NCBI RefSeq assembly: GCF_046119375.1
Contig: NW_027362764.1
Location: forward strand, 452,538,001-452,602,000
DNA length: 64,000 nt
Direction: 5' to 3'
From: Phyllobates terribilis
Lineage: Eukaryota
Every line of letters starts with the position of its first letter. Within the stretch, counting starts at the first letter, position 1. This document shows, piece by piece, positions 24,314 through 36,600 of the stretch. Made by a program: the position numbers and the translations under genes. The notes under the pieces were generated by a model. That model was not told the origin of the DNA. It saw nothing but the letters and a program-made list of their open reading frames with translations, and made no database searches.

Positions 24314-24583
24314 ATAAAACTGCATTGCTACCAATTATGTCTCCTGAAATCTTTCTTTGGATTATTATCAGCAGCAGAGAGGACCCACTCATTCCTACTT
24401 GACACTATACTGGTTTCCTAACCCGTGGGGCTGCAGCAGATGACATTTCTGAGATCCAGCAATCAATGTGTATTACATAACAGAACCAGGTGAGCACCTT
24501 TCACCTTACTGTCTCTGATCATTGGATAAGACCCTATTGCGCTTTTTTGTTCTCCAGTCTTTGCAACAACTTTTGTAATTTAA

Positions 24584-24955
24584 AGGGGTATTCCCATCTC
24601 CAAGATCATATCCCAATATGTAATAGGTGTAGTAATAATAATAATATTAGCAAATGCCTACAATTAGAAATGTAGTATAGTTTTTCTGACACACTATGTC
24701 TCTTTCCTTATGTGCAGGTATTGCAGGACCTTAGGTATCCATGGTTAAGACCACTGATATAGTGATAGTTAGTTAGCTAGTTGCTAGTGGTCGTCACAAT
24801 TGATACCTAAGGTCCTGCAATGCCTGCACATGAGGAAAGAGACATAGCGAATCTGAAAAGCTATACTACATTTCTAATTGGAGGTATTTGCTAATATTAT
24901 TATTATTACACCTACCTACATGCTGGGATAGGATCTTGAAGATGGGAATATCCCT
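24584..24955. mobile_element. T2-type (Kolobok-superfamily) MITE, near-perfect palindrome
   Basis: TTAA flanks on both sides; termini AGGGGTATTCCCATCT and AGATGGGAATATCCCT; arms complementary over about 170 bp. Confidence 0.92.
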
Positions 24956-25758
24956 TTAACATAGTAGTCTTTGCACAGTTAGGCACATCTATATCATGAC
25001 CCTAAAATTGTGATGTTTAAAAAGCCTGTCGATTTTATTCTATACTCTAATTAAAAGTTTAAAATGATTTATTAAGAAATAGAGGATTGTTTGAGCAATG
25101 ACAGTAGTAGGACTGTCAGTATTTATTTTGTAAAGGTTTAAGAACACATAATTTCCACACATCAGACTATTTTATAGACATACCTTCAGTTAAAAAATAC
25201 ACAAATATCCAACTGATACAATTTTTCTCACTTGCAGTATAAAGTTATGGTATCATTATGAAATATGTTTTAATGTTTTTGCAAAAATAAGTTAGGGCAA
25301 TTGGTAAGAAAAATTTTTATAGAAAAAGTAATGAACCTCTAAAATTATTTGTCATTTAAATACTAATTTGGATATTTTTTCTTTATTTAAAGATTTTCTT
25401 TACAGATTGGCAATGGATGATAAGAGTCATCTGTGTCTTTTTGCTTTACTAAGCATTAGCAACATAATTGACAGAAGTCCTGGAGGGTTTTGTCATTTGT
25501 CAAACTAATTAATGGTCAACTAAAATTTAAATCCGCACTAAAGGTCATAGATGTTATTTAATAATAATGAGTGCAAGAGAAGTAATTGCCAAGTAACAGC
25601 CCTAAAACTAAACTACTTCAATACAAACTGCTGTTGCCATGGACAGAATATGTAATGATACTGAAAAAAGAAATATAGCTCTTGTAAATTTAGATTAAAC
25701 TAAATGAACACACTTTCCAACAACAATATGGTGGTAAGTGTATTACTATATATATATA

Positions 25759-28265
25759 CTAGAAATTGAGCCTGTTCTACACCCGGGTGGCGAGCATTTT
25801 TATTGGTATATGGTCTCCCATGCTGGTGTATGCTGCCCTCATCCTGGTATGTGTGCTGCCCCCATCCTGGTATTTGTGCTGTCCCCATCCTGGTATTTGT
25901 GCTCCCCAATACTGTTCCCCCATCCTGTTATGTGCTGCCCTCATCCCTATCCTGGTATGCATGGAACGCCTCATCACTATCCTAGTATGCATGGCACCAC
26001 TCACCCCCAATCCTGGTATGCATGACACCCCTCACCCTTTATCCTGGTACGTATGGCACCCCTCATACTCAATCCTAGTATGCATGGCACCCCTCACCCC
26101 CAATCCTGGTATGCATGGCACCCCTCACCCTCAAACCTGGTATGCATGGTACCCTTCATGCCTATCCTGGCATACATGGTACCCCTCATCCCTATCCTGG
26201 TATGCATGGCCCCCCAGATCTCTATCCTGGTATGCATGGTACCCCTCATCCCCCAATCCTGATATGCATGGTACCCCTCACTCCTGGTATGCATGGAACC
26301 CATCGCCCCTCAATCCTGGTATGTATGGCACCCCTCATCCCCAATCCTGGTATGAATGATATCCCACCATCCCCAATTCTGGTATTCGTGGTACCCTCAC
26401 CCCCAATCCTGGTATGTATGGTCCCCTCACCCCCAATACTGGTATGCATGGTCCCCTCATCCCCACTCCTGGTATGCATGGCACCCCTCATCCCCCAATC
26501 CTGGTATGTGTGGTCCCCTCACCCCTAATCCTGGAATTCATGGCCCCCCTCATCACCTATTCCTTGTATGTATGGTACCCCTCATCCCCCAATACTGGTA
26601 TGTATGGTACCCCTCATCCCCCAATCCTGGTATACGTGGCCACCTCATCCCTCAATCCTGGTAAGTATGGTTCCCTCACCCCCAATCCTGGTATGCATGG
26701 TCCCCTCATCTCCACTCCTGGTATGTATAGTACCCCTCATCCCCAATCCTGGTATATGTGGCCACCTCATCCCTCAATCCTGGTATGCATGGTCCCATCA
26801 CCCCCAATCCTGGTATGCATGGTCCCCTCACCCCAAATCCTGGTATGTATGGTACCCCTCATCCCCCAATCCTGGTATGTATGGTACCCCTCATCCCCCA
26901 ATCCTGTTATGCATGGTTCCCTCATCCCCCAATCCTGGTATGCATGGTCCTCTAACCCCCAATCCTGGTATACATGGTCCCCTCATAACCCCAATCCTGG
27001 TATACATGTTCCCCTCATCCCCCCAATCCTGGTATGTGTGGCTCCCTCATCCCTCAGTCCTGGTATGTATGGTACCCCTCATCCCCCAATCTTGGTATGT
27101 GTGGCTCCCAAATCCCCCAATCCTGGTTTGTCTGGCCCCCTAATCCTGGTATGCGTGGTACACCTCATCCCCAAATCCTGGTATGCATAGTACCCTCACC
27201 CCCAATCCTGGTATGCATGGTCCTCTCACCCCCAATCCTGGTATGCATGGTCCCCTCATCCCCACTCCTGGTATGCATGGCACCCCTCATCCCCCAATTC
27301 TGGTATGTGTGGTCCCCTCACCCCCAATCCTGGTATGCATGGCCCCCCTCATCCCCCAATCCTTGTATGCATGGTACCTCTCATCCCCCAATACTGGTAT
27401 GTATGGTACCCCTCATCCCCCAATACTGGTATACGAGGTCACCTCATCCCTCAATCCTGATATGCTTGGTCCCCTCACCCCCAAGTATGCATGGTCTCCT
27501 CACCCCCAATCCTGGTATGTATGTTACCCCTCATCCCCCAATTCTGGTATGTATGTTACCCCTCATCCCCCAATCCTGGTATGCATGGTCCCCTCACCCT
27601 CAATCCTGGTATACATGGTCCCCTCATCCCCCCAATCCTGGTATGTGTGGCTCCCTCATCCCTCAGTCCTGGTATGTATGGTACCCCTCATCCCCCAATC
27701 TTGGCATGTGTGGCTCCCAAATCCCCCAATCATGGTGTGTCTGGCCCCCTCATCCCCCAATCCTGATATGTGTGGCACCCCTCATCCCTTTCACGCTGCA
27801 CACATACAAAAAAAATAAACACTTATACTCACCTTTCTTCCCTGTGCTCCAGCGCTGCTGTTTCCTGTTCTACCAGAGGCCAGGGGAGGAGTGCGGTGCC
27901 GGAGCACCGCGCTGTCCAGCACCATTTTGCTGATGACACACTGTAAATGTGTCTTCAGTAAAATGGTGCCGGATAGCGCTATGCGCATGCGCTGATTCCG
28001 ACGCCTTCACTCAGCCCCCGGTCTCTGGCCAGAAGAGAGGCACCGCAGCAACGCTCTTCCCGGTCAAGTAAATATGTAAGTATGGCGCCAGAGATCGCGG
28101 TATGCATTCAGTGTCTACGCATACCGCGATTTCCAGCGCCATACACTCATCTTACCTGTAACGGCTCCATGCGCTCTTCTGTCTGGAGCCAGACTGCGCG
28201 TCGCGCATGAGCAGTCTATAGAGGCTTCAGACGCAGGGACGCTTGGCCGATTATATTATGCATAC
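25759..28265 (-). mobile_element. Non-autonomous Helitron-like element carrying the 32-bp minisatellite
   Basis: Minus-strand 3' end ...CACCCGGGTG...TTT-CTAG followed by T, homologous to 3360-3509; hairpin-rich 5' region at 27820-28250; the 5' TC terminus is degenerate. Confidence 0.65.
25830..27790 (-). repeat. Reverse-complement array of the same ~31-33 bp minisatellite
   Basis: CATCCCCCAATCCTGGTATGCATGGTACCCCT units. Confidence 0.97.
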
Positions 28266-28285
28266 ATATATATACAGTGTATATA

Positions 28286-29933
28286 CAGTTAGGTCCATAT
28301 ATATTTAGACAGAGGCAACATTTTTCTAATTTTGGTTCTAGACATTACCACAATGAATTTTAAACAAAACAATTCAGATGCTGTTGAAGTTCAGACTTTC
28401 AGCTTTCATTTGAGGGTATCCACATTAAAATTGGATGAAGGGTTTAGGAGTTTCAGCTCCTTAACATGTGCCACCCTGTTTTTAAAGGGACCAAAAGTTA
28501 TTGGACAGATTAAATAATTGTAAATAAAATGTTCATTTCTAGTACTTGGTTGAAAACCCATTGTTGGCAATGACTGACTGAAGTCTTGAACTCATGGACA
28601 TCACCAGACACTGAGCTTCCTCCTTTTTTATGCTCTGCCAGGCATGCACTGCGGTGGTTTTCAGTTGCTGCTTGTTTGTGGGCCTTTCTGTCTGAAGTTT
28701 AGTCTTTAACAAGTGAAATGCATGCTCAATTGGGTTGAGATCAGGTGACTGACTTGGTCATTCAAGAATATTCCACTTCTTTGCTTTAATAAACTCCTGG
28801 GTGGCTTTGGCTTTATGTTTTGGGGCATTGTCCATCTGTAGTATGAAACGACGACCAATCAGTTTAGCTGCATTTGGCTGGATCTGAGCACACAGTATGG
28901 CTCTGAATACATCAGAATTAATTCGGCTGCTTCTGTCCTGTGTCACATCATCAATTAACACTAGTGACCCAGTGCCACTGGCAGCCATGCATGCCCAAGA
29001 CATCACACTGCCTCCGCCGTGTTTTACAGATGATGTGGTATGCTTTGGATCATGAGCTGTACCACACCTTCGCCATACTTTTCTCTTTCCATCATTCTGG
29101 TAGAGGTTGATCTTAGTTTCATCTGACCAAAGAATGTTCTTCCTGTACAGTGCTGGCTTTTTTAGATGTTTTTTAGCAAAGTCCAGTCTAGCCTTTTTTT
29201 TCTTGATGCTTATAAGTGGCTTGCACCATGCAGTGAACCCTCTGTATTTACTTTTATGCAATCTTCTCTTTATGGTAGATTTGGATATTGATACGCCTAC
29301 CTCCTGGAGAGTGTTGTTCACTTTGTTGGCTGTTGTGAAGGGGTTTCTCTTCACCATGGAGATTATTCTGCGATCATCCACCACTGTTGTCTTCTGTGGG
29401 CACCCAGGTCTTTTTGCATTGATGAGTTCACCAGTGCTTTCTTTCTTTCTCAGGATGAACCAAACTGTAGATTTTGCCACTCCTAATATTGTAGCAATTT
29501 CTCGGATGGGTTTTTTCTGTTTTTGCAGCTTAAGGATGGCTTGTTTCACCGGCATGGAGAGCTCCTTTGACCACATGTTTACTTCACAGCAAAACCTTCC
29601 AAATGCAAGATCCACATCTCAAATCAACTCCAGGTCTTTTATCTGCTTAATTGAGAATGATATAACGAAGGGATTGCCGACACCTGTCCATGAAATAGCC
29701 TTGGAGTCAATTGTTCAATTACTTTTGGTCCCTTTAAAAACAGGGTGGCACATGTTAAGGAGCTGAAACTCCTAAACCCTTCATCCAGTTTTAATGTGGA
29801 TACCCTCAAATAAAAGCTGAAAGTCTGAACTTCAACTGCATCTGAATTGTTTTGCTTAAAATTCATTGTGGTAATGTCTAGAACCAAACTTAGAAAAATG
29901 TTGTCTCTGTCCAAATATATATGGACCTAACTG
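28286..29933 (-). mobile_element. Tc1 family B, full length (1648 bp)
   Basis: ~220-bp TIRs CAGTTAGGTCC...GGACCTAACTG with TA on both flanks. Confidence 0.96.
28539..29576 (-). pseudogene. Tc1 transposase (345 codons) with one visible nonsense change (TGG to TGA at 28758)
   Basis: MWSKELS...WSDETK...LQMDNAPKH...ILE*PSQSPDLNPIEH...STKY*. Confidence 0.9.

Positions 29934-30020
<87 letters not shown>
29934..30020. repeat. (TA)n microsatellite with an internal TACAGTA
   Basis: Direct reading of the sequence. Confidence 0.95.
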
Positions 30021-30021
<1 letters not shown>

Positions 30022-31740
30022 CGGTCTTTGTGCGCTTTAATAAAAATTGCCCATCTTAAATTTTGTAGATATAAATGATTTGAGCAAATGTTCAATTTTT
30101 TTCAACAAGAGGACAGTTTAAATTTGCGCTATTGGTAGTGAGAAGAGTGAAAGCAGGAGAGGTTTTTGTTAAAAAGAAAAACTTTTATTGATACAGACAA
30201 GTGGAGTACTTACAATATTATTTTGGGAGTAGTCTAAACAGTGATATATAGTGATATCACGGGATTGGATACATAGATAACATTAGATAAAATTAAGTTT
30301 TAAAATTGGTAGATAAATAAATAGATAAATAAATATGTGCTTTCTAGTTCCCCAGGGTCTTGGAGTACTAGATTGGAGTTGATGGTTTGGGGGACAGAGG
30401 TTCGTATACCTAGTAGGAGAAATGTGGGGTGTATTAGTTTGATATTTCGACAGCCAATGGAGTATTAGTTCGTTTTAGTTTGGTACATATTTTTATATTT
30501 TTACCTGCTGTGCTTGGTTGGTAGGTCCTTGCAGTAGGTAGGGTGATTTGTTGGCGGTGAGCTGTGGTGGTACCTGTGGTGGAGGACGTGAGGTACCTAG
30601 GGTAGAGAACAAAATTGCTGGAATCGTGGGGGTAGGTGTTCAGTGGTCAGTGGTTGACCTAACTGTGAGTGAGTTGTGAATTACCTGCTATTGGTATGGC
30701 AATCAGCAGGCTGTATGGGCGGTTGTACGGCTGTCTTTCTTGGACTATGGTCCTGTTGTGTTGGGTTCTTCCAGAGGTTTGTCTAGGAGAGACGAATGGG
30801 ATAATACCCAATTAGTAGGGACAATGAAAGATACTGGGTTACCTGGTGGGTGGGCTATAAGGGGTACCAGAGAGAGTCCAGTGATGGTGTAGAGGTAGGG
30901 TCCGTTGAGGTTGATTGGGATCAGGTTGTCCTCGTTATGTGGATACAGCAGGGGGCTCTGGCTGCTTTTTCGGAGTAGGTCTAGAGGAGAAAATAGGGTA
31001 ATAACTGATTAGGTCCTATGATAAAGTACACAGTCTATTTAGTGAGGTGCCTTGAATTACCTGTTAGGTTGGTTACAGGGGGTGTCCAGAGATATCTCAG
31101 GGTAGATATGGGATACTGGTAATGGTCACCATTGGGTGGATGCAGCAGGAGGCTCTGGCTATATCAGTGGTGGCCAGAGGTGGCCAGCCTTCTGTTGGCG
31201 AGAGTTGTTAATTATAAACAAGGTTATGGGCTGGGATACAGACAGGGTGGTCAGTAGTATTTGGTTACTTTGTCCGTACCTGTCTTGGTATAGAGTTTAG
31301 GGTAGGGAAAAGGTTCTGGAGGTCGTCACCGTATTGGTGGGGTGGGTGCAGCAGGAGGCTCAGGCTGAGAAGTCAGTGTCTGGTTGTCGGATCCAGCGGT
31401 AGCTAGTGGCTGGAGCTGCAGGATCAGATTGTGGAATCTGGCTGCAGGTACCGCGGGGAATAGTAAAGAGTGTGGTCCGCAGAATCTTTAGTGGTTCCGG
31501 TGGGGCCTTGGCCCAATCCTACTTACAGTCCGTAGTCCAGCGATGGCGTCGAGAGATGGCAGGGGCCCGGAGTGAGAGCGGAGTCCCAGCCGGTGACTGC
31601 CGCGAGCTTACGTACTTCCGGGTAGAGGGAGGGAGAGAGAGGGGAAGACGCGCTTCTCGTGGAAAGCGCACGAGAGGAGCAGCGTGGCATGCACTAGGTA
31701 CGTAGGCCTGTTGGCGCCTCCTCTGCTGGGTTTAGGAGCA

Positions 31741-31782
31741 ATCCAACGCATTTCTACAGTTGCGGCTGTCTTCATCAGAGAT
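31741..31782 (-). ncRNA. Type I hammerhead ribozyme motif downstream of the GIY-YIG stop
   Basis: Minus strand reads ATCT-CTGATGA-A-GACAG ccgcaa CTGTA-GAAA-TGCGTT-GGAT; stem I ATCT/GGAT; one C to T change in stem III. Confidence 0.75.
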
Positions 31783-31844
31783 GGTCTGACCCAGTCTGGT
31801 GGTGTCCTTATATACCTGGGGGTAGTGGTGTCATTGATTGCTTG

Positions 31845-32414
31845 TCAGTCATTAAACACAAATAGTTCTTTTTCACTATTCAGTCCCCGCGGTCTTAAGG
31901 TGTTTAGTTTAAAGATCCATTCACTCTCTTTCCTTGACATGCTTTTAATAAAATCTCCTTGTCTCCAGTGTTTGTGGACTATTTGTATGCCTACTACTTG
32001 GATTCCTTTTGTAGACCCGTTATGTTTCTCCATAAAATGTTTAGAGAGAGGATGGCCCGTGTATTTGTTTTTAATATTCCGCAGGTGTTCGTTGATCCTA
32101 ATGTTAATAGGTCTTTTTGTTCTACCTACATACAGTTTCTCACACGGGCATAATAGCCCGTAGATGACCCCTGTGGTATTGCAAGTTATAAAGTCTGTGA
32201 TGGGGTATATTTCTTTCTGGTTGCTGACTGTGTGTTGTTTTAGTGTATTTAATGTTTTACACATCTTACATTTTTTGCATGGGAAGAAGCCTTTTAGTTT
32301 TTGTTGGAATGGGGTCTGTGGTTGCTTTTGGATAGTATTATTTCTCACGGTGGGCGCTATAATCGACCCTAGGTTACGTGCCTTTTTAAATATAAACTTA
32401 GGTAAGTTTGGCAC
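31845..32414 (-). pseudogene. Penelope GIY-YIG endonuclease domain
   Basis: CKKCKMC; TCNTTGVIYGLLCPCEKLYVGRTKR...RINEH; RKESEWIFKLNTLRPRGLN. Confidence 0.92.
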
Positions 32415-32582
32415 CTGGTCCCCAATTATCTTGTCATCTTTTAATATGTGCCAATGTTTTTCTATGATTTTTCTAAAGATGTGAGTGTTGGCAGAATAGG
32501 GTGTGATAATAGGGATAGTGGTATTGAGCCTAGGGTCATTTTGTTCTTGTTTAGTTGCGTTTACCTCAGTTAGGAGGTTGTG

Positions 32583-33185
32583 TCATGGTATTTTGGCTAT
32601 TTTTTCTTTTGTGTTTCTGAGGAATTGTGCAATATATCCCTTTTCCAAGAATTTATTTGTGAGTAGTTTTGCTTCCATATTGAATTCTTGGGGTTTAGAG
32701 CAGTTTCTGTGTAGTCGCAGGTATTGGCTGCGGGGGACGTTGAGTAACCAGTTGGGGAGGTGGCAACTATCTATTGGAATGTAGCCATTAGCGTCACTTG
32801 GTTTATGATACATGCGGGTCCGGATGCAGTTGTCCTCAATGTAAATGTTGAGGTCTAAAAAGTTAACTGTAGTGGTGCTGGTGGTAGATGTAAATTCCAA
32901 GAAAAAATCGTTCTTATTAATTTCCTCTATGAATGAGTTTAGTGATGATTGGTCACCTGACCAAATGAATAGGATATCATCAATGAATCTTCGCCATAGG
33001 ACCAGGTTCGTATGTGGGAGGCCTCCGGGGTGTATGGCTAAAGATTCCCATCGGCCCATGTAGAGATTTGCATAACTGGGTGTGAACCTGGTCCCCATGG
33101 CGGTGCCCAACTGCTGGGAGTAGTAGTCCCCCTCGTATAGGAAATAATTGTGCGTCAGTATAAATAACATGCAGTCCGTAATGAA
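32583..33185 (-). pseudogene. Penelope RT, C-terminal half
   Basis: GTAMGTRFTPSYANLYMG; WRRFIDDILFIW; FLDL. The N-terminal part of the supplied ORF is hAT sequence. Confidence 0.92.
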
Positions 33186-33689
33186 TAGTGTTGAGCCACC
33201 CCCGTAGTGTTCGAGTTCGGTTCGTTGAACACCCATGTGTTCGCCGAACTGTTCGTCGAACTGTTCGTCGAACACCTTCGAACACCGTTAAAACCAATGG
33301 CAGGCAAACAAAAACACATAGAAACACATAGAAAACACCTTCAAAGGTGTCCAAAAGCTGACAAACTGCTCAGAAGACACAACTAACACATGGAAAAGTG
33401 ACAAGTACATATAGTCATGCGAAAAGAAAAGAGGTGGAGGAGTAAAAGGAGGGGGAGACACAGATATAGGCATGTCATGCCCTTCTAAAATCCAAAAAGT
33501 GAGAAGCCGACACGGCCAGTCCGTTCCTGCCTGTGCCACCTCTGTGTCGCCGGGTTTGTGCCAGAGCCGCGGTGGACCCTGACGGCCAGCACCCCTATCC
33601 CAATACTGGTGCCTGTCCGCCGGTGGGTCGAGGCCCCCCACGGTGGGGGGGAGTAACATCTGCAGAAGAAAGACCATCTTCCAGCCAAA

Positions 33690-36600
33690 CTAAGATGTCG
33701 ACTTCTTTTCGTGGACAATGTGATACGATCCCATTCTTACGGACACGCCCATCGCTACAAATTCTAGTTGAGGCACAAAAACAGCAGGTGCTTCAACGGA
33801 TATCAAGTGCTCCTTCAAGTGGGCTCTCCATCACCTCAATTTCAACATCACAAATACTCCAGTCCTCAGAGGTGTCACTCCAATCGCACTTGCTTCCTCA
33901 CAGCTCCCAAGTCTCCAGCTGCCCGTCTGAGTATGGGGTAACACAGATGGCTGAGTCTGCCCAGCTGTTTACTCATACTATAGCCTGGGAAACGGAGGTC
34001 TGCTCCAGAGCTTCTGTTAATCCAGATGAGGAAATGATCTGATCCGATGCCCAGAATCTTTATAAGTTGGATCCAGGACCAGATGAAGAAGGTTCTGAGC
34101 ATAATGTAGACCCTTGTTCCCAAACTGTAACTCCTGTTGGTGGAGACAATGATGAAGACGATGATGAGACTCAAATGCCTGATTGGAGCGACAACTTGAC
34201 TTTTCGGTCAGGGCAGGAAGAGGTTGGCTCTGAGGGCGACGGGTGTGATAACACACAGGGTGATGATGACGAGGTTGGAGATCCCACTTACTGTCAACCC
34301 ACAGTCAGACAGTCGATGAGGTCAGCAGAGGAGGTGGAGGAGGATGTGACTAGCCCTGGGGATGGGGATGACTCGGTACCCGGGCATTTGCCTGGCCTTG
34401 GGGATGTCACGGTGGTCGGCTCCCTGGCCCGTACCCTGGGGTCTCTCTTTAAAAGGGTGGATAATTGTTAATTTTATAAGAGTTCATGACGCCACCTGTG
34501 GTATCTGGTGACAAGCACCAGCGCTGCAGCAGTCCACTGAGGCCGGTGATAAGGCAGCTCAATGGTATAGCTCCCCACAGGTGGAGCTAGGTCTCAGGGC
34601 AGCGTATGCAGGGGGAATGCAGGACAGGCGAGACCCAGCTGGGTCAGAGCAAGAACGGGAATGGACACGGTAGTCACTTCAGTACCTTTTACTGGTGGAA
34701 ATTCAGGCACATCCCGGAGCACTGTAGGGTGAAGGGTGCATATCATTATCCTCCCCAATGAGCGGGTGTAGGGCCTCCTGTTTCTTGCCTCTGCGTAGTA
34801 AGTTTCTGACCTGCCTGGAGCTAGGCCTAACTTTGTCTCTGTCCTGCGCTGGCTGACCTTGTGGTAGGGCCTTCTCTTGGAGTTCACGCTCCCAGTAGGC
34901 GGGGCCTAAGCATCTCCTGGCTCTGTTACATATCAGCACCTTAGCGATCCTGGGACTTGTAGTTCTCCAGTGATTCCGGTTATGCCTTACTGGGTCATAG
35001 AGATACCGGTAAGCTCGGATCCTGTGTCCGGTAAATGCTTCGGGGTGAGCTGGTTAAGCTCCTCTGCCCCTTATGTACTAACTCGCCACTCGCCTTCGGC
35101 CTACTCGGGCCCTCACTAGGCTATTCACACTAACGGCAGCTTGCCGCGCTTCACTGATCTTACGGCACCGGCACACCTTAAGCTCTATCTGGGCTCCCTT
35201 AATCTAGCAAGCAGGAGCCTCGTGCTCCACTGCTGAACTATTAACTGCGTTCTCTAGACTAGACTGAGCTCCACTGCAGACTGACCTCTCTTAGGCTTCT
35301 CTACTGCAGGAACTCTTCAGAGGAACTGAACTGCCTAGCTCCACCTTCCCTATTTATATCCCTAACGGGCTCCCTCTGCTGGTCTGAGGTGGAAGGTGGA
35401 GATGTGTGAATGTTTATGGGGGCCTCTTGTGGAGGATTCCATCAATGCACTCTTGTAGGATCTGTGATACCAAGCGCAGCGGGGCATCACAGATGCTATT
35501 AACGACGAGGTTAGGTTGCGCCTTCCTCAACAGAGACGGAGTACTGGAAGCACGTCAACAACTGCATCCTCAACCACAACTCTGCCTCTGACCACAAGTC
35601 GTAGTGGCTCTTCAGGTCACATGGGCTCTAAGCCTTGCATAGCCTGGGCATTTATTCAGATCGATAAGGATGACCCAACTCATGTTATCTGTAATATTTG
35701 TCAGCAAAAGCTAAGTTGAGGCCAAAAAATACATAGTTTGAGTACTTCATGCATGTACCGTCACATGGATATGAAGCATAAGTTGCAGTGGGAAGCTCAC
35801 TGTGCTACAATGCGGCCTAGCCGGCTGGGCCAACCACCGTCTGCCCCATCTTGTGCATCCGCAGCCTCTTCATCCTCTGTGACTGGGGGGACAGCAGTCA
35901 CACATGTTTTTGGACGCAGACCTGCCACCTGTTTACCCGCAACAGCCAGTGTGATTGGCAGGTCGTCAGTTCATTGGGAAGTGAAAAAACCTGCTAGTGT
36001 TGAGCGCTCTCCGACATCGAGAGCACCACCTTTGGATCAAGGCAACCTAACATGTCCGCCTGCATCTTCCTCACAGACCGGCAGTTGCCGGGGACACCCT
36101 ACTCAACACCGTCTAAGCACAACAGCCAGCCCTCGGTCCCTCAGATGTGGAAAAGTAAAAGACCATTTCCTCCTTGCCATGAGAAAGCTAAGAGGTTGAA
36201 TTTCACCATCTGCAAGCTGTTGGCTACAGAAATGCTGCCTTTCCACCTGGAGGACACAGAGGATTTTCAAGACCTTATGTCCGTCACAGTGCCCCAGTAC
36301 CAGATGCCCAGTCGGCACTACTTCTCAAAGAAAGGTGTGCCTGCGCTCCACTAGCATGTCGCACACAACATCACCGCTTCTTTGAGAAACTCTGTGTGTG
36401 ACAGGGTGCACTTCACCACAGACACTTGGACGAGAAGGCATGGACAGGGGCGTTACATGTCGCTGACTGGGCACTGGGTAACTATGGTGACAGCAGGACA
36501 AGGGGCTGCTGTCCAAGTCTTACCGTCCCCACGAGTTGTGTGTTAATCCTCTTTATCTCGAACTTCCTCCACTGCTTCTGCCTCCTCAACCTCCTCTCGG

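Larger units (their letters stand above)
19887..24480 (+). mobile_element. Penelope-like retroelement (RT plus GIY-YIG), 5'-truncated and interrupted by a Gypsy fragment
   Basis: VINLSSHNL...KGLSFVP; IKSSDKEG; SIDVEALYSSIPH; GTVMGSPCAP; IDDNFVIW; then IPKSQYLRI..RRNC across the insert, and the GIY-YIG ORF. Confidence 0.92.
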
